Part shown: piece by piece, positions 21,396 through 31,893 of the stretch
Layout: the number at the start of each line of letters is the position of its first letter
How positions within the stretch are numbered: position 1 is the first letter of the stretch
Origin: Perkinsus chesapeaki ATCC PRA-425
Lineage: Eukaryota; Protista; Perkinsozoa
Reading direction: 5' to 3'
DNA: 33,415 nt
NCBI GenBank assembly: GCA_013115145.1
Contig: JAAPAO010000394.1
Span: 1 to 33,415, forward strand
Position numbers and translations under genes: made by a program
The notes under the pieces: generated by a model
The model's database searches: none
Seen by the model: only the letters and a program-made list of their open reading frames with translations
What the model was told of the DNA's origin: nothing

Positions 21396-22409
21396 TCAAG
21401 AATGGACAGGGCACGGCACATGCCTGCGGCGCCAGTAGCTCGATCGACGTGCTTGTAGGTCAGCCATTAAGAACGGATTATGCATCTCCTTATCAGTACG
21501 ATTACGGATGACTTCTCCAACTGAATGTCGCCTTCCGCATGGTACGGTATTATCCAGACCACAAGTAATCGTACGGCACGGTGAGGATGGGTCACAAGGA
21601 GTAGACCGATGAATTGGTGACACCAACGCTGCGAATACATCCCCTCCCCTCGTAGATGCCATTGGGCTGTTGGGGAAGAGAGCGCTGGCAGGGGCGGATT
21701 GGGCGCGTCGAAGCTGCACTGGCTTTGGCGCTTGCGGAGCCCTCTCATCAATTTCCTCACTCTCTTGATCGCTATCAACCTCAGAGGTATCCTCCTCCTC
21801 CTCGCCAGGGCTCAGGAACATATCCTCATTGAAGCCATCAGCCCCACCATCACCATCACTTAGTCGCCACCACATATCCTCAGAACCATATTCAACGTCA
21901 TCATACACGTGCACAGCAGTAACCACCGATGACGACCTGAACCGCCGCAGACGGTTGGTTGTGCGTCGAGTGAGCTCCCCAGAAGAATCATTTTTCACCA
22001 TCACCGTCCTAGGCGAGCTGACACCGAAGCGAACAGCCTTCCCTTTCGTTGGCGACCTGCTTGGAGACATCTCGAGCTCGGAGGCTTCCGAGTCGATGCC
22101 AATGCCCATGAAACCTTGCGGTAAACCAAGCTGGCATTTGGATGATCGACGGGATGTCTTATCGCCGGCAGGAGGGACGGTGTAGAGGGAAGCGATTATA
22201 TCTTCCTCGTTGGCGTCTACATCAGAACTGCTGGCTATTGTGGACTCTACAGTAGAGGACCGGCCGATTGAACCTTCGTGGGTTTCAACTAAAAAAACAA
22301 ACGTATTTAATCCTGCTACAAGCGCGAATGCGATGGAAGGCGAATTAAAGCCCATACTGTCCATCGACGAGGCACCGAATAGTGAAAAGACCCCTATAGA
22401 GTAGCCCAT
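21396..22409 (-). CDS. Hypothetical protein with a hydrophobic N-terminal segment and a Ser/Arg/acidic disordered body
   Basis: Long open frame (337 aa from the ATG at 22409). It may be the last exon of a gene starting near 23133. Confidence 0.6.
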   Translation of the reverse strand: MGYSIGVFSLFGASSMDSMGFNSPSIAFALVAGLNTFVFLVETHEGSIGRSSTVESTIASSSDVDANEEDIIASLYTVPPAGDKTSRRSSKCQLGLPQGFMGIGIDSEASELEMSPSRSPTKGKAVRFGVSSPRTVMVKNDSSGELTRRTTNRLRRFRSSSVVTAVHVYDDVEYGSEDMWWRLSDGDGGADGFNEDMFLSPGEEEEDTSEVDSDQESEEIDERAPQAPKPVQLRRAQSAPASALFPNSPMASTRGGDVFAALVSPIHRSTPCDPSSPCRTITCGLDNTVPCGRRHSVGEVIRNRTDKEMHNPFLMADLQARRSSYWRRRHVPCPVHS

Positions 22410-22770
22410 GTGAAAGAGCAACTGAGCCTTCAATGGCAACGGACTTGCGCTCTAAAGGCAGTAATGACAAGATACACTAACAGGAAGCGATAGGGTTGGA
22501 AGGGTGCCTGACCATTACTAGGCAACAAGGTGGTTATCCTCATCTAGATGGAGACCTCTACGGAGGATGAGTTCACTACGTAAAAGTTAATCCTACCAAG
22601 CACCAGACGTAAGTACAAGAGCAGAAGGTTTTCTGCTATCGAAGGCGTAACCAGAAGTTCGGACTAGTCGGATTCGGAAGTCGGCATGTCGCGGGGAACA
22701 GCTTTTCACCAGGAGGGCGCCCGCAACAGTTTGCCCCGTTAGTTACTATTCCTCTCTGTTCCTGCACTAT

Positions 22771-23133
22771 CTATTCTAATAAAACTGTTTTTGTTAATAA
22801 TAGATTATCTACGAACGCCACCATAAATGTCACTCCAACAGCCTTCCCCCGGTTATTACTAGCCTTCCTGAGATACTGCTCAGACGTTTTGGATGCTATT
22901 GGTAGCAAACCATTCTGAGGTGTCTTACTCTCCTCGTGTGAGACAATCCCTCTGCTTCGTATAGGCAGCAATGAGGACGTAATAACACCAGCAGAGCCCT
23001 CTGCTGTAGACGACTTGGATGACGTTAAAAATGACGACGACGATGGTGATGTGACACTGGGGCCTCCTCCTCCCGGTGGTGAGAGGGAGGCTGCCAATCC
23101 CTCAAAAGCGTTATCATTCGTTAGTTGCACCAT
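22771..23133 (-). CDS. Probable first exon of a hypothetical (possibly membrane) protein
   Basis: ATG at 23133, a Ser-rich open frame ending in hydrophobic VGVTFMVAF, then a GT donor and an AT-rich intron-like stretch. Confidence 0.35.
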   Translation of the reverse strand: MVQLTNDNAFEGLAASLSPPGGGGPSVTSPSSSSFLTSSKSSTAEGSAGVITSSLLPIRSRGIVSHEESKTPQNGLLPIASKTSEQYLRKASNNRGKAVGVTFMVAFVDNLLLTKTVLLE

Positions 23134-23266
23134 AATAATATTCAAAGAGTGGCAATATCAATCTAAAGCATCAATCCTCTTGCATCTTTACGCATGAGCC
23201 TCTCCCCACTGTCAACACAACAAGATTCAAGGCCAGAAAAATAAAATAAAATTTTCAAGCCAACGT

Positions 23267-24340
23267 TCAATTGGAATTCTTGATTGTCCACTCATAATAG
23301 CTCTTAAAAGTATCGCCCAAAAAATCAGCAAAGTTGACCCCATCCTTGGTCCATCTTTCCTCCAACGGCGGTACCTTCTGAGCTATGGTGTTACGAAAAA
23401 CATCCGCTCTTGTGCACCCTTTAGGGGCACTCAACTGGAAGTTAGGGGGAGTGTCGACGAAACATGGGCAGCTTATCCTAGCAATGTTGGGATCAGCGGC
23501 GCCTCTCACACAGTGGGGAGTGGCAACGAGAAGGCCACCAGTGATGATTTGGAGGCATTCACCGCACTGGATAACCATGATATCATTTGGTATTGTAACC
23601 TTAGAGGACACACTATTACGATCGGACACCCATAGACCAGCGTTCTCGGGATCAGGATTAGGCACCTGTTCGCCGGTATCGTGCTTGACATAGATATCAG
23701 GAGTTAGGCAGGTCAGGAAGCCGGAGTCATTATGCCAACCAATCCAAGAATCCTCCGCATTGGACTCTGTAGGGAAGTAATATAGAAGGCGTCCTTTGGC
23801 CTTCTGGGTATTGCACATCTGCTTGTAGAGTGTATCAGGGGCATAGTTCTCCACGCGAGATGAAGCCAGCAGGTCCACATGCCTCGATAGGTGCTTGGCC
23901 ATTTCGTACATAGTCTGACCAAGATCTCGGCACTTCTCCCTCATATCCGGGACGTCCTCTTGAGAAGGCCACACATTCTCTGGAAGGGCCCAAGGGAAAG
24001 CATCTCTCAATTCGGGTGCGGGATCATCGGTTAGAGGGTTGAAGTAAAAGCTGCCTTTGGCGAAGTCCGGCTTGTCACCAAGCTTCTCCTTGCCGTGAGA
24101 CCACCCGGCGTTGTACATGCTTCCCTCATGTTCTAATGCCTTCAGCTTATCACTGGGCAGAGTAGCCAGCTTGTGGGAAAGTGGGAGGACAGACCGCCAG
24201 AGCTTCTCCCAGTTGGGGACGCCTCGGATACCAATAGCACCGATACCGTTGGGACCGAAGGCCTTGTATACGGCCTCACTTAGGTTAGCCTCGGGGCAAG
24301 TAAGATCTTCATATTCGACTAGAACAAGGTTCGCCGACAT
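23267..24340 (-). CDS. Fe(II)/2-oxoglutarate dioxygenase, isopenicillin N synthase-like family (intronless)
   Basis: HxD in WHNDSGFLT, distal His in ATPHCVRG, RxS in ARISCPCF, and a DIOX_N-like N-terminal region. ATG at 24340. Confidence 0.9.
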   Translation of the reverse strand: MSANLVLVEYEDLTCPEANLSEAVYKAFGPNGIGAIGIRGVPNWEKLWRSVLPLSHKLATLPSDKLKALEHEGSMYNAGWSHGKEKLGDKPDFAKGSFYFNPLTDDPAPELRDAFPWALPENVWPSQEDVPDMREKCRDLGQTMYEMAKHLSRHVDLLASSRVENYAPDTLYKQMCNTQKAKGRLLYYFPTESNAEDSWIGWHNDSGFLTCLTPDIYVKHDTGEQVPNPDPENAGLWVSDRNSVSSKVTIPNDIMVIQCGECLQIITGGLLVATPHCVRGAADPNIARISCPCFVDTPPNFQLSAPKGCTRADVFRNTIAQKVPPLEERWTKDGVNFADFLGDTFKSYYEWTIKNSN

Positions 24341-25096
24341 TGCAAGAGTAAAAACTGTCAAAGCCAATTGTTAATGGTTAAAGAGGAATACTACCGAAAG
24401 AACTGGGGATCGAGTCGAGAGTTGTTCAAGCTAACTGCTAGCCATAGGCTAGCTTCGTTCAAAACGGAGTCCATTCTCGTGGCCAGAGTTAAAGCGTGAA
24501 TGCTGAGATAGTATTGACAGGTAAAGGTGTTGATATACTATATCAAATTGGCTTATTATCATATCACTATCGGCTTTAATCTAAAAAGACATTAATTAAA
24601 TGGCGCGCGCGATATCTTCGAACTGATAGAAGTTAGACAAATTATCGCGCTTCCCATTTTTCCTCAAACACTTGACTTGTGTTCAGGATGAGAAAGGTCT
24701 TTCGGGGAAATATTCTCTGTGATCTCAGGAAAGCCCGGTTCTCTTACGGTAGAAGACTGCATAAGTTTGTCAACGATAGTAGAACTTGATACTGATAACA
24801 CCGCATACACTAGGATACCAATGGAGTCGAGGCTAAGGCTTCATCATCCAACAACAACATCGCTTAATCATGCACAGAGTGCCACAGATAAACGCCAAAG
24901 TCTACGTTAAAAAGCACGACTATTCATGCTTGTAATAGTAGCTCGGCCTAGAAACCCTCAATGACTGTTGGGCCCAAAACAGCCCAAAACGATGTATCTT
25001 TGTAGCGATACCGCTGTGGTCTTACTCCATGTTGGTAACTGCTGTTGATGTTGTTATTAATTACTGAGGCTTGGCGTAAGGGTCAACAGACACTTA

Positions 25097-25872
25097 ATGT
25101 CCAGTCAATCATCGGCATGGTTAGAGTTGCAGGATCGATGGCGAAAGGCTTGTCATGTTGTACATACCCCAAGGCCTGCCTCAGGCCTGGATAAGGTCCT
25201 GGGGACGCCACCACCGCCTCATCATCATGGAGAAAGATCAAAGAGCGCTAGATCAAGTTTGGCCCGAAGGATCCTGCTTGGTGAGAGCAAAATTCCTGGC
25301 GAGAAGCCCCGACCTGACCTCACTACAGCGTGGGTTGCTCTCCTCTTTCGTTCTTGTACTGCTAAGCGTTTTAGAGTATCGTACTTGTCCGATAGCATGG
25401 CAAAAGATATCGACGAGAGCATACGGCTGCCTCATCGGTGTGCATTCGAAGCAGCCTTGAACGCCATCACCCCACGCCAGGAGAACGCGGCCCGCCCACT
25501 ACACAAGACGAAGCACGCTCCCTTATCCTTTCTGCACGTGGCATTCGACGGATGTGTCCTCGACACTGGAGAGAAATTCATGAATAGACCGGCGACTTGT
25601 GGTGAGCTAGGTGTAGTAGGAGCAGTATTTGGCTCTGTGTGGCAGGTGCTGGTGGTGACGAGACTATGCAGCCTATCGATCCTGAGTTCTCAAGGCTGCT
25701 ATTTCAGCTCAGCGGAGACTCACAGTTAGCCTCTTTGCGAGACCACTACCGGGAGATTGAGCTCCGTGATGGACGGTTCGGAGGGCAATCATCCATGCCT
25801 GGTAGAGTACGACATGATCAGTTTCAACCGGTGGAGATAAAACAGCATAATACGGCCTTCGAAGGGGCATAG
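25097..25872 (+). CDS. Multi-exon hypothetical protein
   Basis: ATG-initiated exon MSSQSSAWLELQDRWRKA... and terminal exon ...DPEFSRLLFQLSGDSQLASLRDHYRE...EGA*, with GT-AG-like segments between. Confidence 0.45.
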
Positions 25873-25965
25873 ATGTGAATAATAATATTGGCTTGCGTTC
25901 TAGTCGATCAATCAGTGATCAAACCATATGAATTATTGTCAAACGAATGTGTGTGCGTTACCCAG

Positions 25966-26433
25966 TTAGTCCAACTTGACTGTCTCACAATTCAGGTTTT
26001 TTTTTGTCCAACATATGGCCATATTTTGTCGTTTAAAAGCAGCCCTTAGCCCTTCAGGTAAGGCTAATACTTGTTTCGTTACTCTCCTTACTCCCCTATC
26101 AGGGCCAACTATATCAACTCCATCTAATTCATCTCGTTCGACAGCTCGTACGAGGGCGTCGGTTTGTTCAACAAATGGTTCCCGAAAGGCTCCCCCAGCC
26201 CCTATAATCACCGACATTTCCGATGCGGAAGTTGGTTTCCGCTACACTCGTGCATTACAAACAAGAAGGCTCAGGTGAGCTGCCTCTGAATACCTGGCCA
26301 TTTAATTACCATGTTTTCTCAGCCTTGCCAGCGAATCATTTAACTCTTCCAGTCACCATGGGTGGAAATGGCCCTCTTGGGCTTCATCGAGATCGCTCTC
26401 GTCAGTGGGGGGCGTCAAGCCAGCAGCTGTCAT
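25966..26433 (-). pseudogene. Possible decayed ORF (one frame with three internal stops)
   Basis: The ATG at 26433 is in frame with ORF 25966-26217: MTAAGLTPPTDESDLDEAQEGHFHPW*LEELNDSLARLRKHGN*MARYSEAAHLSLLVCNARV*RKPTSASEMSV... It could instead be unresolved introns. Confidence 0.3.
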
Positions 26434-26806
26434 GAAAAATAAAAAGCAACCGGTTGAGAGGTTGAGAGCAACGTTCACACGTTTCTTCAACGGCTTGTCC
26501 CGGAGGAGGCACAGCGTTATATGATCCTGCAATATGATGCTGTTCTTTATGACCCTTCTGTATCATTATTCGGTTCTCCTGTATTGGCATTCATCCATAC
26601 TCAACCATTCATATTCGGTGCGAAGCTTCTGGTATCTTGCATGCTTAGACCTTAGATACTTGCGTGGTCTCTTGGCATGCGAGCTGATGATGCTATACCA
26701 TACAGGGCTCGTCTTGATAGTATTGAAAATGAAGATGACTGATTGCACTTCATAGTTGTGTTGCGCTTAACAGTGTATTGAAGCCTCACATAAGCATTAA
26801 GTACAC

Positions 26807-27848
26807 ATGGAAAAGTACATTCGGGAGAGTGTGCTATCACGCGACACATCTGCATTGAAGATACTACTCGATGAGAATATTCTTCGGTGAGCCAGACACA
26901 TCATTTTCACCGAGGGAATTCGTTCTACATTAATGTACGGTATAGATGCTTCGTGGACTAAGAGGTTGATGATGCATCCGTAGATAGGTTTAATATGTTT
27001 ACAACACGCGGCGGTACTCGCTTACCCTGTTATTTGGAATTTCACAACACTGAGAGGGCTGGATAACTAATAGGATGACTGGTGTCTCCCCGCAGGCCCG
27101 ATAATGCTCCTCGCAATTACACGGGAACTACTCCCCTTCACGCGACTGTCAGACAGAACAATATCGAGGGTACTCTGCTACTGATACAGCATGGTGCTGA
27201 TGTAAATGCGAGGGAGATGCTTATTGGTGGGAAGAAAACAAACATAATAGACATTAAAGTCAAACAGATGTTGTCTTCAGTGGGTGGGAGAACCCCGCTA
27301 CATGTTGCTGCGAGAGAAGGGTTAATCTCGATCGTCGAAGTGTTATTGAAATACGGTGCCAACGTCGAGGCTAGAGATAAGAGAGGCTTCACACCGTTAA
27401 TGGAGGCCGCAGTCGCCAACCAGGCAACGGTGCTGAGACTTCTTCTAGCAGAAGGAGCTGACTACGAAACAACGGACTACGAGGGCCACAATGTCCTGTG
27501 GTGGGCTCAGGCTATGGGCTCCATCGATGTCATCGCCATACTAAGTGGGCAGCCATGGAACTCGGTCCCCAAGAGCATAAGCCAGGCTGAACTGACAGAA
27601 CACACGCTCAGATGCAGGCAGCTCCTTGGTGATGATCACAGGGACCTCCGTTTTACCCGCTTTTAAAATAATTTGTCGCATTCGGAAAAGGGGGCGGTGA
27701 CACAAAAGGTTTCCCGACTCACACTCCAAACCGGAGAGAGAGATTCCTTCTTATAGGTATGAAACCGCCGACAATCCCCAAAAAGAAAGGAGGCAAGAAG
27801 AAGGCTTCGGCTAAGGGGAAGGGTAAAGCAGCGAAAAAGAAGATGTGA
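26807..27848 (+). CDS. Ankyrin-repeat protein with a Lys-rich C-terminal tail; 4 exons (216 aa)
   Basis: Phase-consistent exons 26807-26886, 27096-27226, 27281-27628 and 27757-27848. Repeats GTTPLHATV, GRTPLHVAA and GFTPLMEAA; tail GGKKKASAKGKGKAAKKKM*. Confidence 0.85.
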
Positions 27849-28621
27849 TAACCATTACGGTTGAACTTCGTTTGAAGCAAAGTGTGGGTATTTGTTTTGT
27901 TCAGTGCTGCACGGTGGGTCCTTGGGAGCTTTAGTCATGGAGCTTGGCTTAGTTGAGTATTGGTGCGCTGTGAGTATTGGCTCTGGCAATCGGCGACCAA
28001 ATTTAATCCTTCTGCTTCTTTCTCCTTATGGTTAGGGGCCTTAAATTGGAGCCAGGATACTAAATACTGACTAATCCGGGCGCTATCGAGTACTTTCTGG
28101 TGATTAAGTTGGTATCTTCAGATATCTACGTTCCGTAATACGCATTGATTTATAGTACTAACAACGTCAGTAATAATTCCTGACTGATTTTGTCGGTGTC
28201 TCAAGGGTCCACTTAGCAACCCATCTCGATTGGTCAGGAAAAGCAATTGACCATCAGATTTCCCTGCTGGGCTTTAGGAGTAGAAGTTATTGGCCATTAA
28301 TCTTGCCAGCACGGTTCTAACTTCCGGAATGGACGTAGGAGCGTTCTCGTCTGCACGAGAACCAACAAAAAATAGACTTCTGGCATGAGCAAAAGCGTAC
28401 GTGAGATTTGGGGTTTCCATCGCCAGCTTGCCAGCCCGAGATTTTTGCAACGAACTGCCATAGGTTCACTTGAGAGTCCTCCGTCTGCTACTAGAATGAT
28501 GTCTTTCGAAATATAGTGACTACAACCTTTTTGTCATTCATTATCCTTTAACTCGAGCTTAGCTATTATAATATTGTTTGAGTAGTACATGGACATCAAC
28601 AACACGAGCATGCCATAATCC

Positions 28622-29454
28622 TTATTTAGCACTGCCGGAAGACTTCGCCGCCATTCTGGTTGCCCGCCGCATCTGTTTCTGAAGTCCCCGCCTAATCTTT
28701 CTAGAAGCTTTGTGCTGTGAGGACTTGAGAATCTTTCGTGGAGACATAGGTTGGCTTGGTGTTTCAGCGACAGGAAATTTCTCGTTGAGGCTGTCGCACA
28801 TAGATTCGAGGACATACTCGCCAGTGTATGATGGATGAGAGCTTCCGACGTCGCCCTTAAACTCTTCTACAGCTCTCTCAAAACGCTCATTGCAGGACAT
28901 GCGCTTAATAACATCCACGTCGCTTGAATTAACGTTCTTTCTCATACCGCTAAAAATTGTCCAAAGCTCACCGTCGATCAACCTGGTTTCATGCTCGATA
29001 TCCGGGTCCCTGATGATGATAAATCAGAAATAAAAAACTTCACTTCACTCACACGACATACAGACGTCTCACGGATACCCCTTGTAAGCTGTTCTCTTCT
29101 GCCCCAGACAGCTCCAAGTTCGGCGACAGATCTTTTGACCATGGAAGTCCACCCAACTTCTGCATGCAAACTGCCTGGGTCAAAGCTAGAAGCGAGCCGC
29201 AATCATCACAAATTGCAACGCTCTGATTATTCTCCTCATCAACAATAATGCAGTCTGAATCTTCACCTTTCCCTTCATCAATAATCATTCTTTCTCCTGA
29301 TACCCTAATACTTCCTTCAGTAAATCTAACTCTCTGACAAAGTTGAGTTTCGTTTGCCACAAACCGCGTGGTATCTTACAGGAGGATCACGTGCAGGCAC
29401 GTGGCTTAACAATACGAATAAAAGTGCTGCAGTGAGGCGGGTGAACGATAGCAT
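28622..29454 (-). CDS. Putative secreted protein, paralog A (247 aa, 3 exons)
   Basis: Phase-consistent exons 29454-29380, 29333-29053 and 29009-28622. Leader MLSFTRLTAALLFVLLSHVPA and a basic C-terminus. Homologous to 30941-31893. Confidence 0.75.
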
Positions 29455-30940
29455 GGGATAACGGAGGGAGATGCTGAAACCCACGTTTCAAGCAGTCGAA
29501 TCAACTCAGGCGACTGTACGGTAGGTACCGCGGCACGACACATTTCGGAGCTCGAGATGGGGCAGTCAGTGTTTAATATCCGTTCAGCTGTTCCGTACTC
29601 TCTAAATTTTTCTAGCCCAGATGACAGCCAATCGCTGAGAAATGGCCAGCAACGTTCGCCTGATCCTTTGGAAATCAGTTCAGCTCGAGCAGTCGTTGCC
29701 CGATGGGTGAGCGAAGTTTACATACTAACAGCGCACGTCCCAACAACACTGCTCGCTTTTGTCTCTGTCGCAGTGTCCACGGCAGCACCTGTCTGGGGGT
29801 ACCTACTTCTGTCTCTTATACTTGTTGGAGACCTGGGACCAATCAAAGTGAGCAGTTCCAATGATTGCGGAGAAACAGACGAGAGAAAGCCGTAAAATCC
29901 CATTGAATACGGGGTTCGCAGGAGTAACCTGAAGCCCGAAAACCGATTATTATCCTACCGGATAATCTTGATGTAGATTACATCATGCAATCGGGTCGGG
30001 CTTCGGTTACCATGCACTTGATAGTTACTTGGTACAGATATAATACCACTATATAGCAAGTCTGAGAGGCAGGCGGATATTAATCGATTCGCGTCTTTCG
30101 AATCGGCCTGCACTATGGTACCCAGTTACTATCAAGAGCATCGCCGTACTCAGGAATATTTATAAAAAAATTTACCGTCTCTATGTCGAAAAACCTACGA
30201 CATATTCCCGGCGTTGTTCGTTCAGCTCGGTATGACCCGTGCGAGCAGGCCGCTTTGGAAAGCAATTGCTCTAGGTTATCGTAGAGTGTGCCATAACCTC
30301 ATTCTTTAGCTGACACAATCTCAGCGTGTCCCTCATTTGTTGTGTTGATTACGTTCAAGTCAATTGTCTCCCCGCTTGTTCTCTCGGGATTTCACAAACA
30401 CTACACTCGCATACTCATTCCGTTAACCATGATACGGCGTTTTAGCAAAGGTCACGCCGTCAGTTCCACGGCTATGACTTTGCGATATGAACTTTGTACC
30501 AGTCTCGGATTAGGGTGATCTACCAGTTTCTAAAGAGTTTTCTGAATTAGAACACTCTATATCGGTAGCCTATCAGAACTGCTGGCATGTAAGTGCCCGC
30601 CGGAGTCCTCGGCCGGGTCCCGATATACTGTACTGTGGACTACCTTTCGAGGTTCCCGAGACCATTCGTAGCTTAACTTCGTTATGTGGACATCTTACAC
30701 AAGATAGTAACTGACGCTCAAGGAGCCCTGCGGATCAATGATTTCCGATCAGTCTTCGGCGAAGAGTCTTGACTGGTGAGCGAGTCTTCAACTTTATAGG
30801 GCATGCCGACCGAGTGGGGTCCCGACTCCACACCATGACTATAAGTAAGTATTCTTCGATATTAAACAGAACTTCACTCAAGCTAACTAAACGTAGAGCA
30901 CATGGATAACTCATGAACATCACCATTATCCCCATCAGTA

Positions 30941-31893
30941 TTATAGTGGCTCGGTAGCAACAGGCGAGGAAGCTGTCGCCTCGCCGTTGATTCTATTTCG
31001 CAGAGGCTTTCTTCGAACGTCCCGCCGTAACCTCCGCTTCCAGAGCTCGGCAACGCTCCGTGGAGTCTTGATCTGGCTCGCTATTTCTTGCACTGGTGAG
31101 TTTCTTTCGCGGAGGGTTTCACATAGAAATTTAATGACATACGGACCACAATATGAAGCGTATGGTTTCAGCACCTTTCCCTTGCATGTTTCTAGGAGTA
31201 TTCTAAAACGTTCTTTGCACGGCGTGTCTGAGGGAACTTGAGCGAAGCGTGCTTGTACTGTGAGGTGGAGACGATCAAAAAGTGTCCACTGTTCACCGTC
31301 CTGCAACTTGCTTCCTGTTTTATTGACTGTTGGATCTCTGACAATGAAAGCGGCGCATTTGAATAGAAAATATTGTATGATAACTCACTGAGAGTAAAGA
31401 CGTCTCACGTATACCCCCTTAAGAGCTCCTTTCTCTGCCCCAGAAAGCTCGAAGCGCCTCGGTATGGATTTTTGTTGGGGGCTCTCGCCCAAATACTCCA
31501 TGCAAACTGCAGATTTCACCGATAACGGTATTGGGGAATCCTTGTGAAATCCGAGAGCCTGTTTGCTCATATAGTCGATAACGATGCACTGTGAGTCGCC
31601 ATCCTGGTGTTCATTGATGCTTATCCTTGTTCCCCCAATTCTGATCGTTCCTTCGATGAATCTAATGCCCTGACAAAGATAGACTATTCACTGGGATGAA
31701 TCGCGCTTCAGAACTTCAGGTGCATGCCATCTTACCACGGGGCTCGTTGAGATCCCCTGCCTTGGAAGGACTGACAAAACTGCTACCGCTAATGAATACA
31801 TGCTAAAACAAGGTATTGTTACTGAACCAGTAACACTGATAAGAGTGCCGCTGCAGTCTCTCCCCAGAATCGATCAAGTGAACGGGATCTCAT
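30941..31893 (-). CDS. Putative secreted protein, paralog B (257 aa from ATG 31893, or 247 aa from ATG 31801)
   Basis: Phase-consistent exons 31893-31823, 31760-31736, 31669-31389 and 31337-30941. The 281-nt core exon has the same length and phases as in paralog A. Confidence 0.75.

Noticed and set aside
21467-24374. Overlapping or antisense ORFs within the long ORFs (e.g. 21829-22185, 23385-23693, 24111-24374)
   Set aside because: They are shadows of the real coding frames with no independent support.
27900-28600. A third paralog of the secreted pair
   Set aside because: None of the conserved family motifs were found in any frame I read.
29053-29075. Conserved RRLY as a PEXEL/RxLR export motif
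   Set aside because: It lies about 115 residues from the N-terminus and does not fit RxLxE/Q/D or RxLR.
29500-30900. ORFs 29557-29895, 29718-29903 and 30735-30935 between the paralogs
   Set aside because: They are short with no recognisable motif or coherent splice path. A decayed gene cannot be excluded.
31670-31735. In-frame TGA in paralog B as selenocysteine or readthrough
   Set aside because: The TGA lies in a 66-nt GT-AG intron at the same position and phase as paralog A's first intron.
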